A stretch of 64,000 nucleotides of DNA from positions 64,001-128,000 of the IMG/VR virus record IMGVR_UViG_3300025715_000009; one strand, given 5' to 3'. Source of the stretch: a virus (Duplodnaviria; Caudoviricetes). Every line of letters begins with the position of its first letter. Positions within the stretch are counted from its first letter, which is position 1. Position numbers and translations under genes: made by a program. This document shows positions 55,299 through 64,000 of the stretch, piece after piece. The notes under the pieces were generated by a model. It did not search any database and had not been told where the DNA came from. It was given only the letters and a program-made list of their open reading frames with translations.

Positions 55299-56324
55299 GA
55301 ATTTAATTTACTGGTAAAAATTCTGGACATCTATATATTACAATTTCCATTTCATTATCATTTTTATCATTAATTTTATGAATCAAATTTCTTGTAATTG
55401 TTTGCTGTATATGACAATCACGATGATTTTGACATAAAGAACAAGCTCCAGTTTCTTTAGCAGAGAAACTTATTTTAACCATTTTTCTGTTCAGCTCTTA
55501 TCTTTTGATCAATTTTTTGAAATAAACGTGTTTCAGTTTGTCTCAAAATGGATGTAATTTGATCGCCAAGAGTTGTTTTACTGGCAGATGCTATAATTGT
55601 CTGGAAGGCAGATCTAACTACTGATTTAACAAGATTAAAATCTTGATTTTTAGACAATTCTATTTTGTCTTGTCTTTTAATTATTGAAGTTGATTTTCCA
55701 CCATAAACATATTCTCTGGCCGCCTTAGTTTTATTTAATGGTTCAAGTTTAGCATCCCCAGTATTAGTTGGTTGAACATTAGAATATGGAGCCATAATTT
55801 GATTGAAAGCCTCAATTAAATCTTTTTCCAATGATTCATAGAATTCTTGTTCTGATAAAGAAGCCAACTTATTAGGTAATTCTGGGTCTTGAAGGAAGTC
55901 ATCTATATTTCTTTCCATTGTAATCTCCTTTTAATTATCTTGTTATTTCTTTAAAGTCTAATGAATTAATGGCATTAATTATTGCTTTTTTTGAATTTAA
56001 TTTTATCCCCATAAAATCTTTACCATATGCTGTATTATATTTACCACCCCATAATAATCTTCCATTAACACATACATTTTATTATTAAATTCGATATAAA
56101 TTTTATTGCTATCTACTTCTGGATATATAATTCTTGCATATGTGTAATTTAAATCAGGATTGTGTGATGGAACAACTGTAATTAAATTATAATGTAAAAA
56201 AACTCTTACATCTTTATCAGCATCTTGAAATATTTTACCTGCAGGTGCATGATTAAAAACAAAATGTTCAAATTTTGAAATTTGAAAACACTTTTTTATT
56301 AAGTGTTTAAATAAAGATTCAACA

Positions 56325-57146
56325 TCATTCATCTTTCATCTCTTTTCTAATTTTTTCATACTTGTTCAATTTGTCAAAATAGCCAAATTTTTCTAATAAT
56401 TTATATACAACATTATTTATAGATTTATTTGGGTGTGATGCTTTTATATCAATTAAAAAATCAGCTTCTTCTCCTTCAAAAGCTTCTTTTCTAAATGATT
56501 TAGCCATTTTGTGTCCAATATATATACTGTCTAAATCAGCTTTTATTTCTTCTTCTTTTAAAACTATTTTTTGTTGTATATCATTTTTATCTACTGCAAT
56601 ATCATTCTCTTTTAAATAATCTTGAAGCATATCAAGCTCTTTTTTATCTCTTTCATATTCTGATATTCTTAGATCAATTCCATCCATAAAAAATTTACTT
56701 ATTTCTAAAGCATAAGCTACTGGAACTTCAATACTTTCTTTCATTGGTTTCTTTATCCATTTATCTTCTAATAAATCATATATTGCTTCTGCTGCCATTA
56801 TATTCTTATCATTAATAGTCAAATAATAATTAACTGGGTGATTCTGCCACAAATTACCATTTGGAAGAATTTTGGCTAATTTACTAATTTCATTTTCTGT
56901 TGCATCAAGAACAACATTAACATCGATATCACTAAATTCTGTATATTGATAACCTGTAATAGAACCAATAACACACATCTTCTTAATTTCAAAATCATCA
57001 TCAAGCCATTGATTAAAATTATCCATTATCATCTTTCTTAACTCTTTTTTTAATGTCATCCCATTAAAAACATCTTTACATAAATCTTGATGAACAGGGT
57101 CAAGAGCTGATTCTATTAAATTTTGTAAATCCATATTATACCTCAC
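56325..57146 (-). CDS. Pol-beta-superfamily nucleotidyltransferase
   Basis: IGSITGYQYTEFSDIDVNV, PVNYY, YDL...WIKKP, NNVVYKLL. Confidence 0.75.
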   Translation of the reverse strand: MRYNMDLQNLIESALDPVHQDLCKDVFNGMTLKKELRKMIMDNFNQWLDDDFEIKKMCVIGSITGYQYTEFSDIDVNVVLDATENEISKLAKILPNGNLWQNHPVNYYLTINDKNIMAAEAIYDLLEDKWIKKPMKESIEVPVAYALEISKFFMDGIDLRISEYERDKKELDMLQDYLKENDIAVDKNDIQQKIVLKEEEIKADLDSIYIGHKMAKSFRKEAFEGEEADFLIDIKASHPNKSINNVVYKLLEKFGYFDKLNKYEKIRKEMKDE

Positions 57147-58992
57147 TTACAGTTCTTTTTAATCGTTTATATTCTTCTGGCACATCATCTCCTTGAAGCC
57201 AATAATATTCTTCTAAGCTTACACCATACTCATCTTGAATTCTATCTTCTTGTTCTTGCCATTTTAAATCAACTAATTCAGAATTTAAATCAGCAGCTGA
57301 AGTTCTATTTGAAGAAATATTCACTGGTTGAGCGGAGAAGACATAATCTTTATTATGACAATAGATGGCATAAGCAATTACTAAGTCATCATTATTACCA
57401 TTCATTGCTTCTGCTCTACCACTATCATGCCACACAAATGTTTTTATTTCCTCAATTAACCTTTCAGAATATATTCTTGTATATTCATTTTCAAGATCTT
57501 TAAAATAAGCATCTGTCAATAATACTCTTGATTTAGGCGTTGTCTCCCATGATACATATCCATTACCTTTTCTTTTAACATACACATTACTATAAGGATC
57601 AACTTTAGATCTAAACACTTCATTAAACACAGCAGGCCCAGGATGATTTGTTTCAATCATAACATAAGCATTATTATAATATCTTGCTACTTTTTTGATT
57701 ATTTCACCCATAGTATCAGTAGGAATTTGACCTTTATATTCTGCTACTTGTTCTTTTTTATATACATCAATTACTTGAAATGTTGAATAATCCTTGCCAT
57801 GGCCTGTTGCAGTATCTGCAGTAAGCATATATTGACCACCATCATATCTATCTCTCCAACACCAAAGACCTTTTATTGGATGTTCTATTATTTCTGATGG
57901 CAGAGTATCTACCCATGTTGGTGTTCTTTTCCATTCTTCAAGTCTTTCAAGAGTTTTAATAGTCACAACTGTTTCTCCAGAACCAAGAAATTCTGCTAAT
58001 ATTTCTTGATTAAAGTCTCTTTCATGTTTAGCATTTGCTCTTCTTTTCCAAAGCCATGGAGCGGATTTTGCATCACCTTCATATGATAATTGTTTTCTTT
58101 TTTCTGACTCAATAAAATTTTCTAATTCTTCTTGAGATATTGTTTTATTATTTATTTTTTCTAATAATTCGTCAAGCCAAGGATTAGAACGATTAGGATA
58201 ACGCCACCATGGAATATATATTGGATAAAACTCATTTAACCCCTCTATTGCATTTTTATATGTTGTGTGATACCAGTTTCCTACACCATTAGTTGTAGAA
58301 ATAATTATACAATCTCCACCTTTGTCCAATGATGGTTCAAGAGCTTTCCAAATGTCATCCATCCACATATTGAATGCTGCTTCATCAACAATTATTAAAG
58401 ATGGAGTATCACCACGACCAGCATCTTTAGTTGTTGATTTAACAATAATTTGTGATAAATTTGATAATTTTAACTTTGTTTTACTGTATCCATCTCTTGT
58501 CGCTTTACATTTCAAAAATCCAGGCATATCATGATAATTGATATCAATTGTCTTTTCTTTAAAAGACATGGCATCTAATTGTGTTAAAGATATAATAGTT
58601 ATTTTTTGAGCTTTTTGAAAATTAGCTCTCCATAAAGCATATGCTCCAGATATAACAGAGGCACCTACCTGCCTGGATTTACGGAATATAACTTTACTAT
58701 GTTCTTGAAATGATTGTAAGGCTGTTTTCTGGAAATCATGTAATTTAAATGGGATGGGGCCTTTTTGTGGATCTAAAGTATAACAATAACGATCAATAAA
58801 ATAGTATGAATATAAAGAACAAAGAGTAAATTCGACCATACGATCTACTAATTCTACAGTTCCATCGTTTAATTTGACATCAATCAATTCACCAGACCAT
58901 AATTGTGAAATTAATTCTTCATATGGAATTAATATATTATAATGAGAATATTTTCCTTTTAATAATGCTTTAGCATGTTCTTCTCGTGTCAT
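57136..58992 (-). CDS. terL: Terminase large subunit (T4 gp17-like)
   Basis: FKLHDFQ, KSRQVGAS, IIVDEAAF, ISTTNG, QE..AEF, ADTATG..DYST, NDDLV. Confidence 0.95.
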   Translation of the reverse strand: MTREEHAKALLKGKYSHYNILIPYEELISQLWSGELIDVKLNDGTVELVDRMVEFTLCSLYSYYFIDRYCYTLDPQKGPIPFKLHDFQKTALQSFQEHSKVIFRKSRQVGASVISGAYALWRANFQKAQKITIISLTQLDAMSFKEKTIDINYHDMPGFLKCKATRDGYSKTKLKLSNLSQIIVKSTTKDAGRGDTPSLIIVDEAAFNMWMDDIWKALEPSLDKGGDCIIISTTNGVGNWYHTTYKNAIEGLNEFYPIYIPWWRYPNRSNPWLDELLEKINNKTISQEELENFIESEKRKQLSYEGDAKSAPWLWKRRANAKHERDFNQEILAEFLGSGETVVTIKTLERLEEWKRTPTWVDTLPSEIIEHPIKGLWCWRDRYDGGQYMLTADTATGHGKDYSTFQVIDVYKKEQVAEYKGQIPTDTMGEIIKKVARYYNNAYVMIETNHPGPAVFNEVFRSKVDPYSNVYVKRKGNGYVSWETTPKSRVLLTDAYFKDLENEYTRIYSERLIEEIKTFVWHDSGRAEAMNGNNDDLVIAYAIYCHNKDYVFSAQPVNISSNRTSAADLNSELVDLKWQEQEDRIQDEYGVSLEEYYWLQGDDVPEEYKRLKRTVSEV

Positions 58993-59399
58993 AATTCTTC
59001 AAATAAATATTTTATAGGATAATGATAAGCTACATCTGTCATGCCTGCTTCAATTTGTAAAACAGGATAAATAAATAATATTGATAATTCTCTTAATCCT
59101 CTTATTTTACCAAAAGGAATTTCTTCTAAAGAAAAAAGTTTATGGTGGCCTATTTTATGCTTACCCATATAATCAGTAGTATATTCATTAGAATTATATT
59201 CTATGTGAAAATTTATATCCAAAAAAGATAATTCCCAAACTGCTTTAACATCATAATTTAATATTTCATGATGTTCAATTTCATGTGGTTTGCCTAATAT
59301 TTTTACCATTTTAGTATATGGGATGTTAATATTAGTTATACTCATTACGAGACCAGATTTTGTTTGTTTTTTAAATAAAGAAATCATATATTATCTTAC

Positions 59400-59427
59400 A
59401 AAAAAAGCGGCTTAGTGCCGCTTTTTT
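59400..59427. terminator. Bidirectional intrinsic terminator
   Basis: A7-gcggc-ttagt-gccgc-T6. Confidence 0.8.
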
Positions 59428-60028
59428 ACCAAACATGAATTATTTTAGTAAAATCTTCTATCATCCCTTGATTAACTATACTTATATCTGGATTTGTAAT
59501 AATAGTTAAATATTTAATTTCATAATCACCCCACTGCCAATCAGACCATTGAATAGATTTTACATTAACATTAGGATAAAAAGATAAATCAGGCAATTTA
59601 GCATCTACATAATCTGGATGAACCCAGATAATGTTTTCTGCCCAATCTAATTGTAGTGGAGCGAGCATTGCTTCAAATGGTGAATATGCCGCTATACCAT
59701 CTTTAGCTAAATAATATTCTGCATCATTCCACATATACATATCATGATGAGCATCAAAATATATAATATCAAATTTCTTTTTTTCAACCCAATGAGTATT
59801 GATTAAATTTGCCCAGTGAAAAAGAGGTTGTTGGTCTTGTTGAACTATACATCCTCTTACAAATTCATCAATTGGTAATTTTGATATAAAATCTTCAGTG
59901 TGAATCCATTTATTTGCTTTTGCTTTAAAATCTGATTTACTTACCCAATCACTATTTTCATAATGACATCCCTTATAATACGGTTTGGTAAAAAAATCAA
60001 AATCCACACTTACTAATGCTTGTTTCAC
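59426..60028 (-). CDS. UPF0489-like protein
   Basis: VSVDFDFF, IIYFDAHHD, IIWVHP. Confidence 0.55.
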   Translation of the reverse strand: MKQALVSVDFDFFTKPYYKGCHYENSDWVSKSDFKAKANKWIHTEDFISKLPIDEFVRGCIVQQDQQPLFHWANLINTHWVEKKKFDIIYFDAHHDMYMWNDAEYYLAKDGIAAYSPFEAMLAPLQLDWAENIIWVHPDYVDAKLPDLSFYPNVNVKSIQWSDWQWGDYEIKYLTIITNPDISIVNQGMIEDFTKIIHVW

Positions 60029-60306
60029 TCATATACTCCAATAAGAGCAGATTCATCAATCATTTCGTATGTCTCTTCTCCAACTTTGAATGGAGCAGGC
60101 CCTGTTTTGTGATAAATAATAATTTGCCCTGGTTTTACTTTAGAACATTCATCTCCTATCCCTATAACTTCTGCTTTTTTTAAATTCTTCATTGGTGAAT
60201 TTGTTTGCGGAAGATAAAGACCACCTGGTGTTTTTTCTAAATCAGAATTTTTAGTATCAAAATCTTTGATTAAAATTCTTGTTCCGAATAATTTTAATTT
60301 TTCCAT
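60025..60306 (-). CDS. groES: Co-chaperonin GroES-like
   Basis: GTRILIK, KTPGGLYLP, AEVIGIG, VKPG, IDESALIG. Confidence 0.88.
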   Translation of the reverse strand: MEKLKLFGTRILIKDFDTKNSDLEKTPGGLYLPQTNSPMKNLKKAEVIGIGDECSKVKPGQIIIYHKTGPAPFKVGEETYEMIDESALIGVYE

Positions 60307-60673
60307 ATTAACCCCTTTTAAAAATATAAATTGACCATTTCATTTCAATCATATGATAATTCATTTTGTTTAATCTTTTTGTATAAAATGCTATTCTTTT
60401 TGCAAAATCTTCTTCATATGCACTTATTGCTAAATATTCAGGTTTTGTTTCATCTAAATATTTTTTAATAACATTTTCTATGCTTTGTATAGTTTTAATG
60501 TTAAATGTTTTTCTTAATAAAGAATATTGTGAGATGTTTAATCTTTTTGAACTTTTATAACTTATACGAATATCAAACCATGGAATATCCAGTCGACCAT
60601 ATTCATGCCTAACTGAAAATATAATATATTCCACCTCTGGTGTTTTAACTCTTCCTATTTCTCCAAATCTTCT

Positions 60674-60722
60674 CATTGAAGTAGCCTCCTTTGCTACTTC
60701 AATGCCAATCTCCTTTATTCAT
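60674..60722 (-). promoter_or_regulatory. Start-codon-sequestering hairpin plus 7-codon uORF upstream of 60308-60676
   Basis: CATTGAAGTAGC-AAAGGAG-GCTACTTCAATG, a perfect 12-bp stem; uORF MNKGDWH* at 60722-60699. Confidence 0.65.
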
Positions 60723-60752
60723 ATTATCTCCTTTTTGTATATTAAATATGCT

Positions 60753-61616
60753 TTATTTAACTTTAATCCAAACTCTACCATTAACTTTTAAACTATTCCA
60801 CTCCTCTTTTTCTTTTCTTGCATAAAATCCAATTACACGATCATAAAAGAATATTTTCTCATACCATCTTGCCTTTGTTAATTTTCCATTTTTATCATTA
60901 ATTAAAGCAGTTCCTGGTTTATAATCTTTATCAACATGTGCTAAAACCCATCCTGATACTGCCATTGGAATTTGATGTTTGTTTGAATCTTGACCAACAC
61001 TTATACCAAAAGTATCAGAACAAACACCAACCACGCCTCTTTGTCTTCTTTTAAAACATTTTTTTATACCTGAACCAGTTTCATAATAACAATAACCTGG
61101 GATATAAATATCTTCTAATAGTGGTTGATAATCTGCAAAGTCATTCCACACAGCATTATATACTCTTGTAGCATAAAAATACCCATCATAATTAATTCTT
61201 GTGCTATTTGTAGGATTAGATGTTCCAGAATAAAATTCACCGTCAGCAGCGCTTGATTTAAGAGTTAATATTTTTGCCAAACTGCCTTTTATTCCTGCTT
61301 TCCAAATATCATTAGTATCATCCCAATAAAGTTGGGCATCATTTTCACCTTCATTAGTTGACCACACTCTTCTTACATTGTATGCTCCATCACTATTAGT
61401 TGCAGGAGTAGTTACCTTAACAGTATAATTATCAATAGATGTGCTATTTCCACCACTTAAAGATATATTAGTTATCCAACCACTAGATTGAGATATTTTA
61501 GATTGATCAATAGCAGCATCTGATGCAATATCAGCATTTGTTATTGATCCATCTTTTATATCTACACCCTCTATTGTTCCATCTTGAACATCTCTTGAAC
61601 CATGAATTTTAGCCAT
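60753..61616 (-). CDS. Tail-fibre-like protein with C-terminal peptidase-G2-like chaperone domain
   Basis: DGxI repeats; RVYNAVWNDFADY, GVVGVCSDTFG, MAVSGWV. Confidence 0.6.
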   Translation of the reverse strand: MAKIHGSRDVQDGTIEGVDIKDGSITNADIASDAAIDQSKISQSSGWITNISLSGGNSTSIDNYTVKVTTPATNSDGAYNVRRVWSTNEGENDAQLYWDDTNDIWKAGIKGSLAKILTLKSSAADGEFYSGTSNPTNSTRINYDGYFYATRVYNAVWNDFADYQPLLEDIYIPGYCYYETGSGIKKCFKRRQRGVVGVCSDTFGISVGQDSNKHQIPMAVSGWVLAHVDKDYKPGTALINDKNGKLTKARWYEKIFFYDRVIGFYARKEKEEWNSLKVNGRVWIKVK

Positions 61617-61918
61617 ATATCCTCTCTTTAAAATAATTGTTCAAAAATACTTTTTTTTGCTTCATCAAATGATTCATATATGTGTTTTGGTTTAACAAAC
61701 CAAAAAGAATGATTATCAGTAGGATCTAATTTTTTATTTTTTATAATTTCTTTACTTGCAGAAAAATATGAATAATAAATATAAATCATACCAACTCTTA
61801 TTTTTATTGCATAAGGATCATTTATATAATTAATATAATGTTTTTCTGTAGATCCAAAAATAATTTCAAATTCATCATCAATTTTAGTTACTTCACATAT
61901 ATAAACCATTTATCCCTC

Positions 61919-62555
61919 TTATATTGGAAGTCTTGCAATCTCTCTTCCATTATCTGCTGTTATAACGACCTCTCCGCCTTTAACAGATATATCCATATAT
62001 TTAGGATCATTATAATGTAAAAACTGTAAATTCTGGCTAACTATTTTTCTAACTTTATCTTGTTGTAAGATATTAGCCAATCTATTATAAATAAAATTTT
62101 TAGATGATTTCAGATCATATATACTATATGGTCCTTTACCATCTATTGAAAATGATTTTTGTGCTCCATAATCAGTCATAAGACCTTTATTTACAATTTC
62201 TATTCCCTCTATTACTTTATCAAACTTCATATTCCCTCCTATTTTCCTCCCACTCTGTTTCACTTGAAGGAACATCATACATTTTTATTGCCATATCCCA
62301 AGCATCTTTGCCATATTGTTTTATCATTAATTTTTTATATTTTACAAATGAAATACTGAAATATAAATCTATGTTTTTATATATGTGTTTAGCGCGTATT
62401 TCAAGTGGGTCCATAGGTGTTATAGCTCCACCAGAGTGAATTTGTGATGTCAATTTTCTATCATCTAAAGTTAACCATTGATCTATTTCTTTATCTGACC
62501 ACTTATTTTCTTTTTTCTTGAATAATTTTTCATCAAGAATTTTATCAAATTTCAT
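61919..62555 (-). CDS. Two putative internal head proteins (61919-62230, 62220-62555)
   Basis: Starts MKFDKVIEG and MKFDKILDE. Confidence 0.55.
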
Positions 62556-63124
62556 TAATACCCCCTAAAAACCGGAAAACCAGGTCTACTATAATCAATT
62601 TTTAATCTGAATTTATTTGTTAAAAAAATAGTTTTATCTTTACCATTATGTTTTTTACTAAGATCTATGTTTAACATATTATCTTCTTTTCTTATTAATA
62701 TATAGTCTGCACCTGGAACATCAATTAAAAAATCATCTTCTATATCATAAGCATCTCCACCTAAGGATATATCTTCAAATACGCCTTGAAGAATATATCT
62801 GTTTAAAGTAGAAGATGAGTTTATAATATCTTTTAAAAAACCTATTTGTGTTGCCATTATTCCTTCTTAAAAATAAATTTTACTATTATTCTTTTTTCCA
62901 TTCCTTCAACTAAAGAAAATCCTTCAACTGAATAATCTCGTGAACTAACGACAAAAGTTATTTGGTCAAATAATTTTTTCATAAGAATAGCATCTGCATT
63001 TTCATCTGTATATACTACTTTTCCACCTACTTTTTCTTTATATCCTTGTTTTATATCTAATACGAGATAAAGATTAAGATTGGCTAATGATGTTCCATGC
63101 CTATAAACTTGACCAATTTGAAAT

Positions 63125-64000
63125 TTACTCATTTATTTTTTTATCTATTTTTTCCATTATAGAATCTACACTTACTTTTTCTAGTAAAACTTCATTAAGT
63201 GTTTTTGTTTCTTCTTCATTAGAAATTCTACCACCAACAGTAAGTGAACTTTGATTCCAAGAATATTGATTATTAAATGTAAACCAAACATCTTTATAAC
63301 AATTATTATATCCGCCATTTTTTGCCAATGGTTTTTTTAAAATTGGTGTTTTACTATCTTCATAATAACAATTATGAACTAAATTCCCATTAACAAAATA
63401 ATTATTAAATGGTTCACAATGCATATTCCAAACAGTTGTTCCATTTTTATATTTTGAAGAATTCATTGCATTTATTGGTGTAATTTTTTTTATTTTATTT
63501 CCATTCATTATAAATTGATTAATTTCTTTTATGTCATTTGGTTCTATAATATTATTATAATGATTATCATATAAAACGAATAAGGTTTTAAAACCTTTTT
63601 CTTCAAATATTTCTTTTCTTTCTTTTTTATATTCTTCCCAATTTCTTAAATTATTCATCCATTCACATGAAACTTCAATTAATTTATTTTCATCTTTTAC
63701 TTTAAAATCTGGATTTTTTGATCCTAATTTAGTTCTAATCCAAAATTTAGCATTACCAAAAAAATCTACTGGTAAATTATTATATTTGCAATATTCAATA
63801 AATTTCTTTTCAGCTCCAGAAACATGATTATTTTCTCTATTCCCATAATTTTTCTCTACTATTTCTGGTCTTTTCATACAATTGTTTTCTGATAATTTTT
63901 TTCTTACATCTTCTCGCGTCCAAATATTGTTTAATTTTTGTCTAATTGATAATTTTTCATATGTCCCATTTTCTTTTAATGTTTGAGTAGTTTTTATATG
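63125..64000 (-). CDS. 3' part of an intein-containing gene (frame open to the window edge); host protein unidentified
   Basis: No stop in 63878-64000; C-extein CYYEDSKTP...VSVDSIMEKIDKKINE. Confidence 0.8.
   Translation of the reverse strand, partial: HIKTTQTLKENGTYEKLSIRQKLNNIWTREDVRKKLSENNCMKRPEIVEKNYGNRENNHVSGAEKKFIEYCKYNNLPVDFFGNAKFWIRTKLGSKNPDFKVKDENKLIEVSCEWMNNLRNWEEYKKERKEIFEEKGFKTLFVLYDNHYNNIIEPNDIKEINQFIMNGNKIKKITPINAMNSSKYKNGTTVWNMHCEPFNNYFVNGNLVHNCYYEDSKTPILKKPLAKNGGYNNCYKDVWFTFNNQYSWNQSSLTVGGRISNEEETKTLNEVLLEKVSVDSIMEKIDKKINE
63371..64000 (-). mobile_element. Intein C-terminal part with PD-(D/E)xK-type endonuclease
   Basis: VWNMHCEPFNNYFVNGNLVHN|C; SGAEKKF..NPDF..KLIEV. Confidence 0.8.

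Noticed and set aside
1724-62359. Short antisense or alternate-frame ORFs in the track (e.g. 1724-1927, 7705-7917, 13937-14392, 24661-24963, 28100-28710, 36844-38347 minus-strand set, 49065-50124, 57309-58534)
   Set aside because: They lie within well-supported genes and lack recognisable motifs; treated as shadow ORFs.

Overview
AT-rich segment of a large T4-like/jumbo myophage genome in standard code. The host is probably a spirochaete, inferred from a UPF0164 outer-membrane protein and a STAS anti-sigma antagonist. It carries virion genes (gp13/gp14-like neck, tail terminator, tail sheath, large terminase, fibre), DNA/RNA metabolism genes (ATP-dependent ligase, 5'-3' exonuclease, RNase HII, intein-containing RtcB, helicase plus split methyltransferase), chaperones/proteases (DnaJ, ClpP, GroES) and many small ORFs. 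Top finding: the RNase HII gene is interrupted inside its DEVG-RG active-site motif by a 36-nt in-frame, stop-containing gap. The gap starts Gly-codon/UAG/UUCG hairpin as in T4 gene 60 and lies just behind an overlapping putative homing endonuclease, so it is a candidate second 'endonuclease + ribosomal bypass' cassette. Also notable: three short peptide tags (AKxLL, hIKxhF, MKFxxxLxE) shared by dozens of unrelated proteins, 15 MORN-repeat paralogues with swapped tags, an AAGATAA late-promoter motif often 3-5 nt from the ATG, and a tRNA-His-like RNA with a long hairpin insertion. All assignments are by motif recognition; no searches were run.
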